Shown: positions 49,931-60,862, counted from the stretch's first letter. The stretch: DNA of 64,000 bases from an uncultured Methanolobus sp. (GCA_963675495.1 OY776215.1:2048001-2112000), one strand, 5' to 3'. The notes: a model not told the origin generated them from the sequence alone. Numbers and translations: made by a program.

Positions 49931-51181
49931 ATGGACAAGTACAGTGTGAAATGCCTTCAATGTGGCGAAGTTCATGATTCTTATTCACTAAACTGTAAAA
50001 TGGATGATGATTCTCTCCTTCGTGCTTATTATGCATCAAAACAGTTGATTCCAACAGATATGCCAGGTATATGGAAATACTACAATTGGTTGCCTGCCAC
50101 TGGTATTATAGAAGAAGGTTCTGGAAGAACGGTAACTTATAAAAGTGAGGGTCTTGCTTCAGCCATCGGCCTTGATGACCTTTGGATTGCTTTTAACGGT
50201 TACTGGCCGCAGAGGAATGCATACCTGATGACATGCACCTTCAAGGACCTCGAGTCATTCCCGACCATGCAGAGACTCAGAGAACAGGAAGATAAAAGAA
50301 TAATGGTTGTGGCATCTGCAGGTAACACAGCCAGGGCATTTGCCCATGTATGCAGTATAACCGGACAGCCACTTCTCCTTGTGGTCCCAAAGGAAAGTGT
50401 TCACAGGTTGTGGACATTACATGACGATAATCATTCGGTTTGCCTTGTAACTGTGGAAGGTGACTACTTCGATGCCATAGCTCTTGCAGGCAAGATAGCA
50501 TCCAGAAAAGGTTTTGTGAACGAGGGCGGTGCCAAAAATATTGCCAGACGCGATGGCATGGGAACTGTAATGCTGGATGCGGTCCTGACTTCCAATGAAC
50601 TGCCTGCTCATTATTTCCAGGCAGTGGGAAGTGGTACCGGCGGTATCTCCGCATGGGAAGCATCCATGAGGTTACTTGAAGATGGAAGGTTTGGAAAGAC
50701 CCTGCCAAAACTTCATCTGGGTCAAAGTCTCCCATGCGCTCCGCTTTATTCTCTGTGGCATGATGTTGATGCAGTTGATGCCACATGTCCAGATGGAATG
50801 TATGATGATGTTCTCTTTAACAGGAAACCGCCTTTCGTTGTAAAGGGTGGCGTAAAAGATGCCCTTGAAGCAACTAACGGCAATATCTATGCTGTGAGCA
50901 ACAAGGAGGCATCCGATGCTCAGGAACTCTTTGAGACTTCAGAGGGTATAGACCTAAACCCGGCTGCTGCAGTCGCAGTTGCTACACTGATGCAGGCTGT
51001 AAAAGCTGGTAATGTAAAGTCCGACGAAAAAATAGTTCTCAATATCACAGGTGGCGGACAAAAACGTTTGACGGCGGATCATGAATTAAAACAACTACCT
51101 GTTTGGCTTGCGGTATCGGCAAAAGATGAAGATGCAGAGAATAAGGTAGTAAAAAAAGTAGCAGAAAAATTTGGTGTATAA
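49931..51181 (+). CDS. Cysteate synthase (coenzyme M biosynthesis)
   Basis: Threonine-synthase-like fold: [49 protein letters not shown]; upstream of comDE. Confidence 0.92.
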   Translation: MDKYSVKCLQCGEVHDSYSLNCKMDDDSLLRAYYASKQLIPTDMPGIWKYYNWLPATGIIEEGSGRTVTYKSEGLASAIGLDDLWIAFNGYWPQRNAYLMTCTFKDLESFPTMQRLREQEDKRIMVVASAGNTARAFAHVCSITGQPLLLVVPKESVHRLWTLHDDNHSVCLVTVEGDYFDAIALAGKIASRKGFVNEGGAKNIARRDGMGTVMLDAVLTSNELPAHYFQAVGSGTGGISAWEASMRLLEDGRFGKTLPKLHLGQSLPCAPLYSLWHDVDAVDATCPDGMYDDVLFNRKPPFVVKGGVKDALEATNGNIYAVSNKEASDAQELFETSEGIDLNPAAAVAVATLMQAVKAGNVKSDEKIVLNITGGGQKRLTADHELKQLPVWLAVSAKDEDAENKVVKKVAEKFGV

Positions 51182-51183
51182 TT

Positions 51184-51948
51184 ATGACTGAAATAATCAC
51201 TCTTACTATACTAGGCGGCGTTGACAAGGACGGTGTTGATGAGCCCATAAGATCAGTTGACATCTCCCGCGGTGAGATCGTGGGCATTGTAGGCCCCACA
51301 GGCTCCGGAAAAAGCACACTTATTGATGACATAGAGCAATTGGCCCAGGGAGACACTCCAACCGGCAGGACACTTCTTATAAACGGTGAAAAACCGGATG
51401 CAAATATACGTGTGGACCCGCGCAAGAAACTCGTTGCCCAGCTCTCACAGAACATGCATTTCCTTGCGGATATGACAGTTGAGGAATTCCTGCAGATGCA
51501 CGCACGCAGCAGGGGCAAGGATGCAAGCCTTGTCGCAAGGGTCATCGAGCTTGCAAATACACTTACAGGCGAACCCATCGCTGCACATCATCATCTGACC
51601 GCTCTTAGCGGAGGTCAGTCCCGGTCACTCATGACTGCAGATATTGCAGTGATCAGCGATTCCCCAGTGGTACTCATCGATGAAGTAGAGAATGCCGGTA
51701 TTAAAAAACAGGAAGCTCTTGAGTTACTTGCAGGAGAAGGCAAGATAGTTGTCGTTGTTACACATGATCCTGTGCTTGCCCTGATGTCATCCCGCAGGAT
51801 CGTTATCCGAAACGGTGGCATGGTGGATATAATCAGCACAAGCTTACAGGAACAGGATGTTTGTGACAGGATCACAGAGGTCGATAACTGGCTCATGTCC
51901 CTCAGGGAAACCATCAGGCGCGGGGATATCGTTGAGGGCGTCGCATGA
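51184..51948 (+). CDS. Soluble ABC-type ATPase
   Basis: [21 protein letters not shown]; no permease nearby. Confidence 0.88.
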   Translation: MTEIITLTILGGVDKDGVDEPIRSVDISRGEIVGIVGPTGSGKSTLIDDIEQLAQGDTPTGRTLLINGEKPDANIRVDPRKKLVAQLSQNMHFLADMTVEEFLQMHARSRGKDASLVARVIELANTLTGEPIAAHHHLTALSGGQSRSLMTADIAVISDSPVVLIDEVENAGIKKQEALELLAGEGKIVVVVTHDPVLALMSSRRIVIRNGGMVDIISTSLQEQDVCDRITEVDNWLMSLRETIRRGDIVEGVA

Positions 51949-52643
51949 AACTGGTTGTAATTGCAGGGACTCCTGGCTCTGGAAAGACATCTGTGCTGCT
52001 CCACGCCATCAAAGCTCTCATGAAGCACGAAAAAAGGCCAGCTGTTGTTAAAGTAGACTGCCTCTGGACAGATGATGACCAGCGTTTCAAGAAACTGGAT
52101 ATTCCGGTTCATGTGGGCCTTGCCAAGGACATGTGTCCTGACCACTTTACCATTTACAACACCGATGAAATGCTCAAATGGGCAGAGGACGAAGGTGCCG
52201 ATGTCCTGCTAAGTGAAACGGCCGGACTTTGCCTGCGCTGTGCTCCGTACCCGGATGAGTGTCTTGCAGTTTGTGTAATAGATGTAACCACAGGTCCGAA
52301 CACTCCATTGAAAGTTGGTCCTCTTCTTACAACAGCTGATGTTGTTGTCACAACAAAAGGTGACCTTGTATCTCAGGCAGAGCGGGAGGTTTTCAGGGAA
52401 CGTGTGCTTGAAGTTAACCCCGGATGTAAGATCGTGGAAGCCAACGGACTTACCGGTAAAGGCTCATTCGAGTTTGCAGAACTAATACGCTCCGGTCCTG
52501 ATGTCTGTGATAATATGATTTTACGCTATAATCCTCCACTTGCAATATGTTCCCTGTGTACCGGGGAAACCCGTGTTGCAAGGAAACATCATATGGGTGT
52601 CCTCAGAAGCCTTGATGGCTTTATGGAATACAAAGGAGAATAA
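51945..52643 (+). CDS. G3E-family GTPase (HypB/UreG/CobW-like), Cys-rich
   Basis: [26 protein letters not shown]. Confidence 0.85.
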   Translation: MKLVVIAGTPGSGKTSVLLHAIKALMKHEKRPAVVKVDCLWTDDDQRFKKLDIPVHVGLAKDMCPDHFTIYNTDEMLKWAEDEGADVLLSETAGLCLRCAPYPDECLAVCVIDVTTGPNTPLKVGPLLTTADVVVTTKGDLVSQAEREVFRERVLEVNPGCKIVEANGLTGKGSFEFAELIRSGPDVCDNMILRYNPPLAICSLCTGETRVARKHHMGVLRSLDGFMEYKGE

Positions 52644-52645
52644 CT

Positions 52646-53281
52646 ATGGATGAGATTGAAAAAATGCTTCCTGGTTACAATTGTGGTAGTTGCGGGTATC
52701 GCCAGTGCAGGGAGTTTGCAGCAGAGATCAAAAATGCGGAAGACCTGCAGAGATGTCCTTTCCTTTCCCGTGATAATTTCCAGGACAATGTGAAAAATAT
52801 ACTCCTCCTTCTGGGTGAAGATATTTCCAAAGATGAAAAGATAATTGGCATTATTGACGGTATGGAAGCGGATTTCACACTGGCTCCTCTTAAGGCCGAG
52901 TGTTCATGCAGGGAAGACATCCATCCCTTTGATACTTCTATAGAAGTGGAAGTCGGCGACATGCTTCGATACAGACCACTTGGCTGTCCTGTGACTCATT
53001 TTGCAAAGGTCATCGATAAAACTCCCGGTGCAATATATACAGTGCACATGGTAGGGCCACTTCATAGGCTAGGAAATGAAGACTTTAAGTTCAAGGATAT
53101 CGGCTTGTGTATGATACTTGCTTTTGATGGCAAGGTTGCAAAAGGTAAGATCCCAAAAGTAGCTCAGACCGTAAAGTTCGTTCCTGAATACTGTATGATG
53201 CAGAAGGTCCATTCAGGTATGGTCGTAGGTGTGGAAGGCAGAAGCGTTCGTATTGAAGCGATCGATCTTAAAGTATGGTGA
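52646..53281 (+). CDS. Fe-S binding protein (RnfB/CdhE-type N-terminal 4Fe-4S domain)
   Basis: LPGYNCGSCGY..C...CP plus GCPVTH and CMMQKVHSG. Confidence 0.85.
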   Translation: MDEIEKMLPGYNCGSCGYRQCREFAAEIKNAEDLQRCPFLSRDNFQDNVKNILLLLGEDISKDEKIIGIIDGMEADFTLAPLKAECSCREDIHPFDTSIEVEVGDMLRYRPLGCPVTHFAKVIDKTPGAIYTVHMVGPLHRLGNEDFKFKDIGLCMILAFDGKVAKGKIPKVAQTVKFVPEYCMMQKVHSGMVVGVEGRSVRIEAIDLKVW

Positions 53282-53284
53282 AAA

Positions 53285-53809
53285 ATGACTCCCTCTTTAT
53301 CAGGTGACCCAACTCCTTCAGAATCCATATTCAAAGGCATCAGGGATGCAGGCATTGATTTTATTGTCAGTGTACCGTGTGCCAATCTCAAAGAGCTTAT
53401 CCCAATGGTAGATGAATCGCCAGACATCATTCACTTACCAGTGACCCGTGAAGAAGAGGGTGTGGGTATATGCGCAGGAGCTTATATGGGAGGTAAAAAG
53501 CCTGCAATGCTCATGCAGAATTCAGGCCTTGGAAATTCGATCAATGCGCTTGCTTCACTAAACATGCTCTATGAGATCCCACTTCTCATGATAATTAGTC
53601 ACAGGGGTGTGCAAGGAGAACCAATAGTTGCACAGGTTCCAATGGGTGAACTTACTTCGAAGCTGCTGGATACAATGGATATCCCGTATTTCCTTCCGCA
53701 CAAAGGTGTCGATCCGGCAGATCTTATCGTAAATGCCTGGAACGAAGCTTCAGAAAAGAAAAAACCGGTTGCGGTACTTTTACCCATACTATTCTGGAGG
53801 AAGCAATAA
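53285..53809 (+). CDS. comD: Sulfopyruvate decarboxylase alpha subunit
   Basis: SVPC, TREEEGVGICAGA, MQNSGLGN, SHRG. Confidence 0.93.
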   Translation: MTPSLSGDPTPSESIFKGIRDAGIDFIVSVPCANLKELIPMVDESPDIIHLPVTREEEGVGICAGAYMGGKKPAMLMQNSGLGNSINALASLNMLYEIPLLMIISHRGVQGEPIVAQVPMGELTSKLLDTMDIPYFLPHKGVDPADLIVNAWNEASEKKKPVAVLLPILFWRKQ

Positions 53810-54372
53810 TGAAACGCATAGATGCCATCAATGAGATTGCTGCAAAGGCACAGGAAACCGATGCATTGCTCATAGGCAATATTGGTATTCCCTGCAAGGA
53901 ATTGCACAATGCATGTGATATGCCTAATAATTTCTACATGCTGGGTTCCATGGGACTTGCATCCTCAATAGGTCTTGGTCTTGCACTATCAAGGCCTGAT
54001 AAGAAGGTCATTACAATAGATGGGGATGGTTCCATATTGATGAATATGGGAACTCTGGCTACAATAGCTTCACAGGAGCCGGATAATTATCTTCTGGTCA
54101 TTGTTGACAACCGTGCCTATGGTTCAACTGGAAATCAACCTACAGCCACATCAAAGAACACAGATCTTGCAGAGGTTGCAAAGGGTGCAGGGAACAAAGT
54201 AGTATGTGTAGTTGATACTCCCGAGGCTCTGAAAGAAATCCTAAAATCTATGGATCGCGGGATAATTGTGGTAAAAGCAGAACCTGGCAATACTGATGTT
54301 CCGGTAATTGCATTGACTCCGCAGGAGATACTGAAAAGGTTTATGGATATATCTTCTCAACCATCTCATTGA
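53809..54372 (+). CDS. comE: Sulfopyruvate decarboxylase beta subunit
   Basis: NFYMLGSMG, GDGSILMN TPP motif, DN.AYGSTG.Q. Confidence 0.93.
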   Translation: MKRIDAINEIAAKAQETDALLIGNIGIPCKELHNACDMPNNFYMLGSMGLASSIGLGLALSRPDKKVITIDGDGSILMNMGTLATIASQEPDNYLLVIVDNRAYGSTGNQPTATSKNTDLAEVAKGAGNKVVCVVDTPEALKEILKSMDRGIIVVKAEPGNTDVPVIALTPQEILKRFMDISSQPSH

Positions 54373-55624
54373 GCTTGAACTCTCCGTCTTCAACTTTCTT
54401 TTTAAGCTTCTCCGCAAGTTCCTCTGATCGTTTACGATCAGATTGTCTCAGTACGATGGGCACATCATACTGTTTTTTATCGATTTCAAAGTGCAGGTCT
54501 CCAAGTTTGGCAGTGAATACTCCACCGGGACAAAGTGTTGAGCAGAGCCCGCAATTGAAACACAGATACCTGTTAAGTATCAGTCTGTCATTCTGGCGGT
54601 ATATTGCCTCCATTGGACAATCTCTGACGGGTTTGCATACTTCACAGTTGAGGCATGCATCAGGATCAAAGCTGACCGCTGTGTCCGTATTTTTCCAGGC
54701 ATCAGCGTATGTGCTACTGCCTATCATTACTCTTTTGTCAACGTCATTTATGACCATTGGGATGTCACGGTCTGTTTTGAGTACCGCATCAAGCACAGAC
54801 TGGCTCGTAACCGGTATTGCAATAGCCCATGATGCGATACACTCCGGTCCGGCAGATGTCTTAAAGCCTCCCATGAGTGCCGGGTCCATATCATGCATGT
54901 CTGCGACTCCTGCAAGATTTGGTTTCTCCGGGCTGCTGCGTGTTCCTTCTCCAATAACGAAACCTTCAGCTCCATTCATAAGCATGCGCGTTCCTATGCC
55001 AATGGTGTCCATTTTTTGGTCGTTCTGGATAGGGTTGATCTCGCCACATCCTGAAAGTGTCGCACCGTTCATGTCAGGACTGAATTGCGTAGCATGAAAA
55101 ATAGTATTGACAGGCTTTGTTGAGCAATTCACAAAAGCCGCGTAATTCTTGAAGGTATGGCGGGTAGCATAAAGCTTCGCATAAGGCATGTCTTTCAGTT
55201 TTATCTCACATTTAAAGGATACATTTTCGTCTGTAACAACTGATACTTCTATATCCTTTCCTTCCACCATTTCCCTGAACAGGTGGCCTGCACCATAACT
55301 GTGTTTCTGGGTTGAGTGCGCCGTACCGAATACTATCAGGTCAAGCATTCCGAGGCTTTCATTAGGACAGGGTCCTACATGTGCCGGAACTCCATTGAGA
55401 AGCACTTTCGATGCTCTTTTGAAACTAAGGGGGGAATTCACAGGAAATGAAAGAACTGCATATGTTCCGCTCATTATTGCTCTTGTTGCAGTTGTGACAA
55501 CATCGACATCCATTATGCCAACGTTCTCTTTTCTGTCCACAAGTTTGGAGACTTCCTGTGCTGTCATGACAACAGCTTCCTTTTTCTCCAGTTTTTCCCT
55601 TATATCAGCAACAGAGCGTTCCAA
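54341..55624 (-). CDS. Methanogenesis marker 16 metalloprotein (DUF39-like plus ferredoxin domain)
   Basis: VDVVTTAT..IMSGT, GPCPNE.LG, SGCGEINP..ND, C-terminal C..C..C...CP / C..C..C...CP. Confidence 0.85.
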   Translation of the reverse strand: MERSVADIREKLEKKEAVVMTAQEVSKLVDRKENVGIMDVDVVTTATRAIMSGTYAVLSFPVNSPLSFKRASKVLLNGVPAHVGPCPNESLGMLDLIVFGTAHSTQKHSYGAGHLFREMVEGKDIEVSVVTDENVSFKCEIKLKDMPYAKLYATRHTFKNYAAFVNCSTKPVNTIFHATQFSPDMNGATLSGCGEINPIQNDQKMDTIGIGTRMLMNGAEGFVIGEGTRSSPEKPNLAGVADMHDMDPALMGGFKTSAGPECIASWAIAIPVTSQSVLDAVLKTDRDIPMVINDVDKRVMIGSSTYADAWKNTDTAVSFDPDACLNCEVCKPVRDCPMEAIYRQNDRLILNRYLCFNCGLCSTLCPGGVFTAKLGDLHFEIDKKQYDVPIVLRQSDRKRSEELAEKLKKKVEDGEFKLNEMVEKIYP

Positions 55625-55692
55625 AAATATCCCTCGAATTTAGTTAATTGTAAACGTAAATTCAAAAAAAAAAGAGTCAGCATTAACTGCAT

Positions 55693-56826
55693 TCAGTCAA
55701 CACCAAGTATACTTGCCAGTTCAAGACCTTCACTTCCAAGTCCAGCGAGCTGGTCAAAAGCCTCTTCCTTGGTGATGTATTTCTCAGTACGGGTGCCATC
55801 GGTTGCTTCTATCTTGATGGTTATCTCGTTCTTTACATAACCTTTCTCAAGTGACTCCCTGACAATATCTCCATATTGTTCCGCAATGAGCTTGAGGCAG
55901 TCAAACACTTCATTATTGCGTACGGCATCCTTTCCATCAAGCATTATGTGCGTGAGTTTCTGGTGTTTTATGAACATTTCCATATACTTTTTGAGATCAT
56001 CAATAAGGCCTGCTACCTTGTCCACTTGAACTGATCGGAGCAGAGTTTCATCAGAAGTTACGTCGAGTTCCCCATGATATATCTGGTATGTGTCATTGTC
56101 AGAAACGATCTTGAATTTATGGTCACCTTTCTTGTTCTCAAAGCTTACATCAATATGCTTGTTACCGTCATAATTCATGGATGTGATGGTGTGCTCGGAC
56201 ACATCTATCATTTTGACCTTGTTCTCTTTTGAGAATATGCCGGACTTTGTCCATGTTGGGAGGGACAATTCTCCGTAAACCTCTCTGAGCGTGAGTATCT
56301 CATGGGCATAGGTCAGGTCACATGTATATTCCATGCCGGAAAAAGATGCTTTTAGTATTCCTTTTAAGGCACCTTCTTTCATGGAGATATGATATGCTTT
56401 ATTTGCTCCATAAATGCCGGATTCAAAAAGAGGATTCAGGTTGTTCAGCAGATCCATTTCAATCTTGTAGATTCCACTTTCAGACTGGCGTTTGATCATC
56501 TCCAGTTTTTGGTTAAGCTCCTTGAGTCCGTGGTTGCTTGTTTCAATACATGCATCGATAATCGCATTGCGACATTCAAGTATTTCCTTGTCTTCTGCAC
56601 CTTTTGCACGGTCGTCTACATATTGCTGTATATCCTTTCTGAAGCTTTCAATTTCCTCTATCCTTGCTTCAAGGGAGGATATCTCTCCTGTTTCTTCCTC
56701 GCTAAGCTCAATAGCAGAATTCTCAAGTGGAAGGACCTTCTTTGCCATTTCTATGAAATTGTTAAGGTCCTGAATAAAATCTCTTTGTAAAGGTAATTCT
56801 GTAGAATCTTGAAATGTGTATTTCAT
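55693..56826 (-). CDS. Hypothetical protein with N-terminal coiled coil
   Basis: 377-codon ORF with host-like composition and SD; no motif recognised. Confidence 0.75.
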   Translation of the reverse strand: MKYTFQDSTELPLQRDFIQDLNNFIEMAKKVLPLENSAIELSEEETGEISSLEARIEEIESFRKDIQQYVDDRAKGAEDKEILECRNAIIDACIETSNHGLKELNQKLEMIKRQSESGIYKIEMDLLNNLNPLFESGIYGANKAYHISMKEGALKGILKASFSGMEYTCDLTYAHEILTLREVYGELSLPTWTKSGIFSKENKVKMIDVSEHTITSMNYDGNKHIDVSFENKKGDHKFKIVSDNDTYQIYHGELDVTSDETLLRSVQVDKVAGLIDDLKKYMEMFIKHQKLTHIMLDGKDAVRNNEVFDCLKLIAEQYGDIVRESLEKGYVKNEITIKIEATDGTRTEKYITKEEAFDQLAGLGSEGLELASILGVD

Positions 56827-56906
56827 CCAAATCCCTTCTTACTTTTTAATAATATATTCTTGCGGACCGCATATATAAATTCTTATTCAGAAGATGCCGT
56901 CTTGTT

Positions 56907-57857
56907 CTAGAGCACACTTCTGACAACATCAAGTATCATGTTCATGTATTTTGCAGCCCCGTTCTTCAGGTCCATTGGGTGAAGTTCTCCTGAAGCAAAC
57001 ACTTTCTCAAGTTCTTGGTAGCTCTTACAAACAAGGTTACCACCGAATTTCTCAGGTCTCTCAAAAACAATTTCTTCATATCTGGGGCATATGTGGTATT
57101 TGAACAGTTCCATCACAGGGTTGTCGTTAACTTCTTCAGCAGGACAGAACGCCTTCTTCATCTTCTTCTTTAGGTCAGCTTCGGTGTCGTCAACGGATAT
57201 GAAGTTGTTATTTGAAGAGGACATCTTTTCACCGTCAAGTCCCAGAAGTATTGGTGTGTGGATGCACAGGGGTGCCTTGAATCCAAGGGATGGAAGTCCT
57301 TCCCTTCCAAGCATGTGTATCTTCCTCTGGTCAATTCCGCCAACAGCGACGTCAACACCAAGCATTGCAATGTCAATTGCCTGCATGATAGGATAGACCA
57401 TCTGGGAAACCGATGGATCTTCCATTTTCCTTCCTACTTCATCCATGCTCCTTGTTGCCCTGTTCAGGGTTGTGATACGTGTAAGTTTGAGCACGTTGAG
57501 GATGTATTCCTGACCGAGCTGGTAATCTGATCCATATACGAAATTTGTGTTCTCTTCATCAAGTCCCAGGGCAATGAAGCATCTTTTATTATAATCTGCG
57601 ACTTCCTTTACTTCTTCAAGTGTTCCTTTTTTATTGAGGTAGGCGTGTACATCCGCAAGAAGGACTGTTATCTTAAAACCTGCGTTCTGAAGGTCAAGGA
57701 GCTTGTTGACCGTAAGTACATGTCCCATATGGATCTTACCACTTGGCTCATATCCTACATAGGCTGTAGGGTGTTCTTTTGTTTCCAGAAGGTTTTTCAG
57801 TTCGTCCTCTGTTACTATTTCCTGCACATTTCTTTTTATAAGCTCAAGTTTATCCAT
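56907..57857 (-). CDS. tyrS: Tyrosyl-tRNA synthetase
   Basis: GYEPSGKIHMGH, YPIMQAID, GGIDQRKIH, KMSSS. Confidence 0.97.
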   Translation of the reverse strand: MDKLELIKRNVQEIVTEDELKNLLETKEHPTAYVGYEPSGKIHMGHVLTVNKLLDLQNAGFKITVLLADVHAYLNKKGTLEEVKEVADYNKRCFIALGLDEENTNFVYGSDYQLGQEYILNVLKLTRITTLNRATRSMDEVGRKMEDPSVSQMVYPIMQAIDIAMLGVDVAVGGIDQRKIHMLGREGLPSLGFKAPLCIHTPILLGLDGEKMSSSNNNFISVDDTEADLKKKMKKAFCPAEEVNDNPVMELFKYHICPRYEEIVFERPEKFGGNLVCKSYQELEKVFASGELHPMDLKNGAAKYMNMILDVVRSVL

Positions 57858-57919
57858 AGGTTCACCTTAAAAATCGTGGTTTGTATAAACACATCCCTCT
57901 TTAAATGCTTTTTCTTGTG

Positions 57920-58660
57920 TTATTCGCTTACTTGTGGCGCAAGGATCTTTTTGAGAAATGCTTCTCCCTCTTCTGAGCTGAACAACGGGATCTCACGGTC
58001 GCTGAAAATTTTCGTCCGGGTACTTGTTGTTCTCACATTGAGGTGAGGGTTGAAACCTTTAATCTCTATTTCTTTTCGCAGTATCATTATTCCGCGTCTT
58101 TGCCAGGCAGGAACTTTTGATATATTGATCCCTCTTTCAAAAAGGATCTCATGCATGTCTGAGGACTTTTTCTTTTTAAGATACATAGCAGCTTCTTTCT
58201 CATCCATACCTTCGGACAGGAGGGTGTAGTAAGCATATGAGTTGATGCAATTGCGCCATGCTTCATCCTGTCTCCAGACGAGATACTCGTGAATATCTTC
58301 TTCATGAAGGGGAATTACCCTTGAATCAAAAGAGATTGGCTCCTCTGGTTTGAGGGCCATTGTAAAAGCACTGCTGATGAATGAGGGTACTACGGAATCG
58401 ATCTTCTCTATCCGGCTTTCAAAAGCATTATCTCTGAAAAGAAAACTTATCTCATCCGAAAATGTATATGCAAAAACAGGGCTCAATCCGCTCTTTTTAA
58501 AAAACGATTCTACTGAATCGACAATAGCAGATGTGAACCTTTTATCATAGGGTTTTTCAAATCCCATGCGTGATAGCGCATTCTTGAAATTTCTTCCATC
58601 AATGCGCACAATTACAGGCGGTACACAACGCAGATCTGAATAGATCTCTCGCCTTTTCAT
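57920..58660 (-). CDS. tRNA(His) guanylyltransferase Thg1-like protein
   Basis: RIDGRNF, KPYD, SDEIS, FDSR, WRQ.EAWRN. Confidence 0.93.
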   Translation of the reverse strand: MKRREIYSDLRCVPPVIVRIDGRNFKNALSRMGFEKPYDKRFTSAIVDSVESFFKKSGLSPVFAYTFSDEISFLFRDNAFESRIEKIDSVVPSFISSAFTMALKPEEPISFDSRVIPLHEEDIHEYLVWRQDEAWRNCINSYAYYTLLSEGMDEKEAAMYLKKKKSSDMHEILFERGINISKVPAWQRRGIMILRKEIEIKGFNPHLNVRTTSTRTKIFSDREIPLFSSEEGEAFLKKILAPQVSE

Positions 58661-58663
58661 AGG

Positions 58664-58933
58664 TCAGTCTTCTTCTATCTCTTTCTTTTGCTTCTTGAAT
58701 TTGTTCACAACATTCCTGATAAGCACTATGTCTCCTGAAGTGATGACCCATCTGTATGGAATTATTATTCCTTTGGAGGTGACATCAAAAACATCTCTGT
58801 TGATGTCTGAAATAGCCAATCCTCTGACAATCCTCTCGTCAACATCCAACACAAGGTCAGCTACTTTTCCTATGTATGTGCCTGTATCAGTATAAACGTT
58901 TAAACCGAAAAGTGAAGTTATGTCTGCACGCAT
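58664..58933 (-). CDS. PRC-barrel protein
   Basis: VYT..G.YIGKV.DLVLD, IIPY.WV...GDIVL. Confidence 0.9.
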   Translation of the reverse strand: MRADITSLFGLNVYTDTGTYIGKVADLVLDVDERIVRGLAISDINRDVFDVTSKGIIIPYRWVITSGDIVLIRNVVNKFKKQKKEIEED

Positions 58934-59012
58934 GATATCCTTTCCCTCTTTTATTTTACTTATATATGAATATTTGTATGTAAATCGGTAATTTCGTATG
59001 TAAATGGCATGT

Positions 59013-59948
59013 TTACAGCTTCATTCCGGAGTGGATCTTTGCAATTCCTTCTTTGACTGCACTAGCAGATCTTTCCAGAGCTGCCATTTCCCGGCTGCTA
59101 AGTTCCAGTTCAATGATTTCCTCAACACCTTCTTTTCCAAGCTTAACAGGTACTCCAAGGCATATATCGTGCTGCCCGTATTCCCCGTTGAGGAATGCTG
59201 AAACCGGTACTATTTTTTTCGTGTCGTTGAGTATGGCTTCAACCATGGATGCAATTGCTGCAGATGGTGCATAAAAAGCACTGCCATTTTTCATATATTC
59301 AACTATCTCAGCGCCTGCATTGATTGTCCTGTTCACTATTTTCTCAATAGTTTTTTCGTCCATAAGGGCGTTCAGCGGTATGCCGGATACTGTGGAATAT
59401 TCGGGAAGTGGGACCATCGAGTCACCATGTCCGCCCAGTACCATTGCATTTACGTCTCTTACGGAACAGTTCATTTCCTTTGCAATGAACGATGCAAAAC
59501 GGCTTGAATCAAGCAGTCCACTCATTCCAAACACTCTGTTCCTGTCAGATTGTGTGCATCTCAGGGCAGCATAGGTGATAATATCAAGAGGATTTGTCAC
59601 CGTTATAATAATGGCATCAGGTGCATATTTTTCTATATTTTCGCATACCTGTTGCGTGATCTTGATATTCGTTGCAAGCAGGTCATCTCTCTCCATTCCG
59701 GGTTTGCGTGCAATTCCTGCGGTAACTACCACAACATCTGAACCACTGATGTCTGCATAGTCATTGGTTCCGATCACATCGACATCGTAACCTATAAGTG
59801 GGGCAGCCTGGAGTATGTCCAGTGCTTTTCCCTGCGGCATTCCTTCAACGATGTCGAGCATCACGATATCTGCAATATTAAGTTCCGCAAGTCTTTGAAC
59901 TGTGGTGGCACCTACATTGCCTGATCCGATAACTGCAACTTTGCTCAT
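59013..59948 (-). CDS. mdh: Malate dehydrogenase (LDH-like)
   Basis: GSGNVG, TAGIARKPGM.RDDL, LDSSRF, LGGHGD. Confidence 0.93.
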   Translation of the reverse strand: MSKVAVIGSGNVGATTVQRLAELNIADIVMLDIVEGMPQGKALDILQAAPLIGYDVDVIGTNDYADISGSDVVVVTAGIARKPGMERDDLLATNIKITQQVCENIEKYAPDAIIITVTNPLDIITYAALRCTQSDRNRVFGMSGLLDSSRFASFIAKEMNCSVRDVNAMVLGGHGDSMVPLPEYSTVSGIPLNALMDEKTIEKIVNRTINAGAEIVEYMKNGSAFYAPSAAIASMVEAILNDTKKIVPVSAFLNGEYGQHDICLGVPVKLGKEGVEEIIELELSSREMAALERSASAVKEGIAKIHSGMKL

Positions 59949-60106
59949 CTTTCTCTCCTGATTACAATTAATTAAAAAATTACTATATTATAAGTGTAGG
60001 GATTGAATCCAACATATATATATCAAACCTTATTTTATTTAGCACTTGCAGGTAGAACATCATAGTTATCAATATCATCTATCATAATTGAAAAAGGGAA
60101 TTTATC

Positions 60107-60862
60107 ATGCTTACAAGTACATACATTCATATGCCACGGATTGGCACAACTGTGGAAAAAAGGATATGGTCCGGCGGTGTCAGGACCTGGGATGACTTCA
60201 TGGACAAAAGAGATGAGCTTCTGATATCTCCTTCTAAAAAAGAAATGATCATGACTGGCATCAGGGAATCCGCTGAAAGGCTGGAGTCAAGGGATTTTGA
60301 ATTCTTCGCAAGGTCGCTTCCAAAAGCAGAGCATTGGCGTGCGTTCAGGGAATTCTCAGGAAAGGTTGCTTATGTTGATATAGAGACCACCGGTCTTTCC
60401 CCTGGCAGTTCATATATCACAGTTGTAGGTGTCTACGATGGAAAAGATGCCAAAACATACGTTAAAGGCATAGACCTGGATGAGGTCGTGGATGTTTTTT
60501 CCAAATATGAATTCCTTGTGACCTTCAACGGTGCAAGGTTCGATCTTCCTTTCATCAAGCGTGAGTTCCCTGAAATCGAATTCAACCAGTTACATGCAGA
60601 CCTTATGTATCCACTGCGCCGCATCTCTCTTTCAGGAGGCCTGAAAAAGATAGAATGTGAACTTGGCATTTCAAGAGCTGAAGAAACGGTTGGCATAAGC
60701 GGATTTGACGCTGTGCGCCTCTGGCACCAGTATGAGCGCGGGGATGAGGATGCACTTGACCTGCTACTGAAATATAATCGTGAGGATATTGTGAATCTCA
60801 AAACTATAATCGATATTACACTTCCACGTTTTATAGACAACAAATTCTCAGAATGCATTTGA
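60107..60862 (+). CDS. YprB-like RNase H-fold exonuclease
   Basis: DIETTG, TFNG..FDLPF, GGLK, YN.ED. Confidence 0.88.
   Translation: MLTSTYIHMPRIGTTVEKRIWSGGVRTWDDFMDKRDELLISPSKKEMIMTGIRESAERLESRDFEFFARSLPKAEHWRAFREFSGKVAYVDIETTGLSPGSSYITVVGVYDGKDAKTYVKGIDLDEVVDVFSKYEFLVTFNGARFDLPFIKREFPEIEFNQLHADLMYPLRRISLSGGLKKIECELGISRAEETVGISGFDAVRLWHQYERGDEDALDLLLKYNREDIVNLKTIIDITLPRFIDNKFSECI

Noticed and set aside
54369-55097. 242-aa plus-strand ORF and similar long antisense ORFs in the track
   Set aside because: Ser-rich shadow frames antisense to well-supported genes
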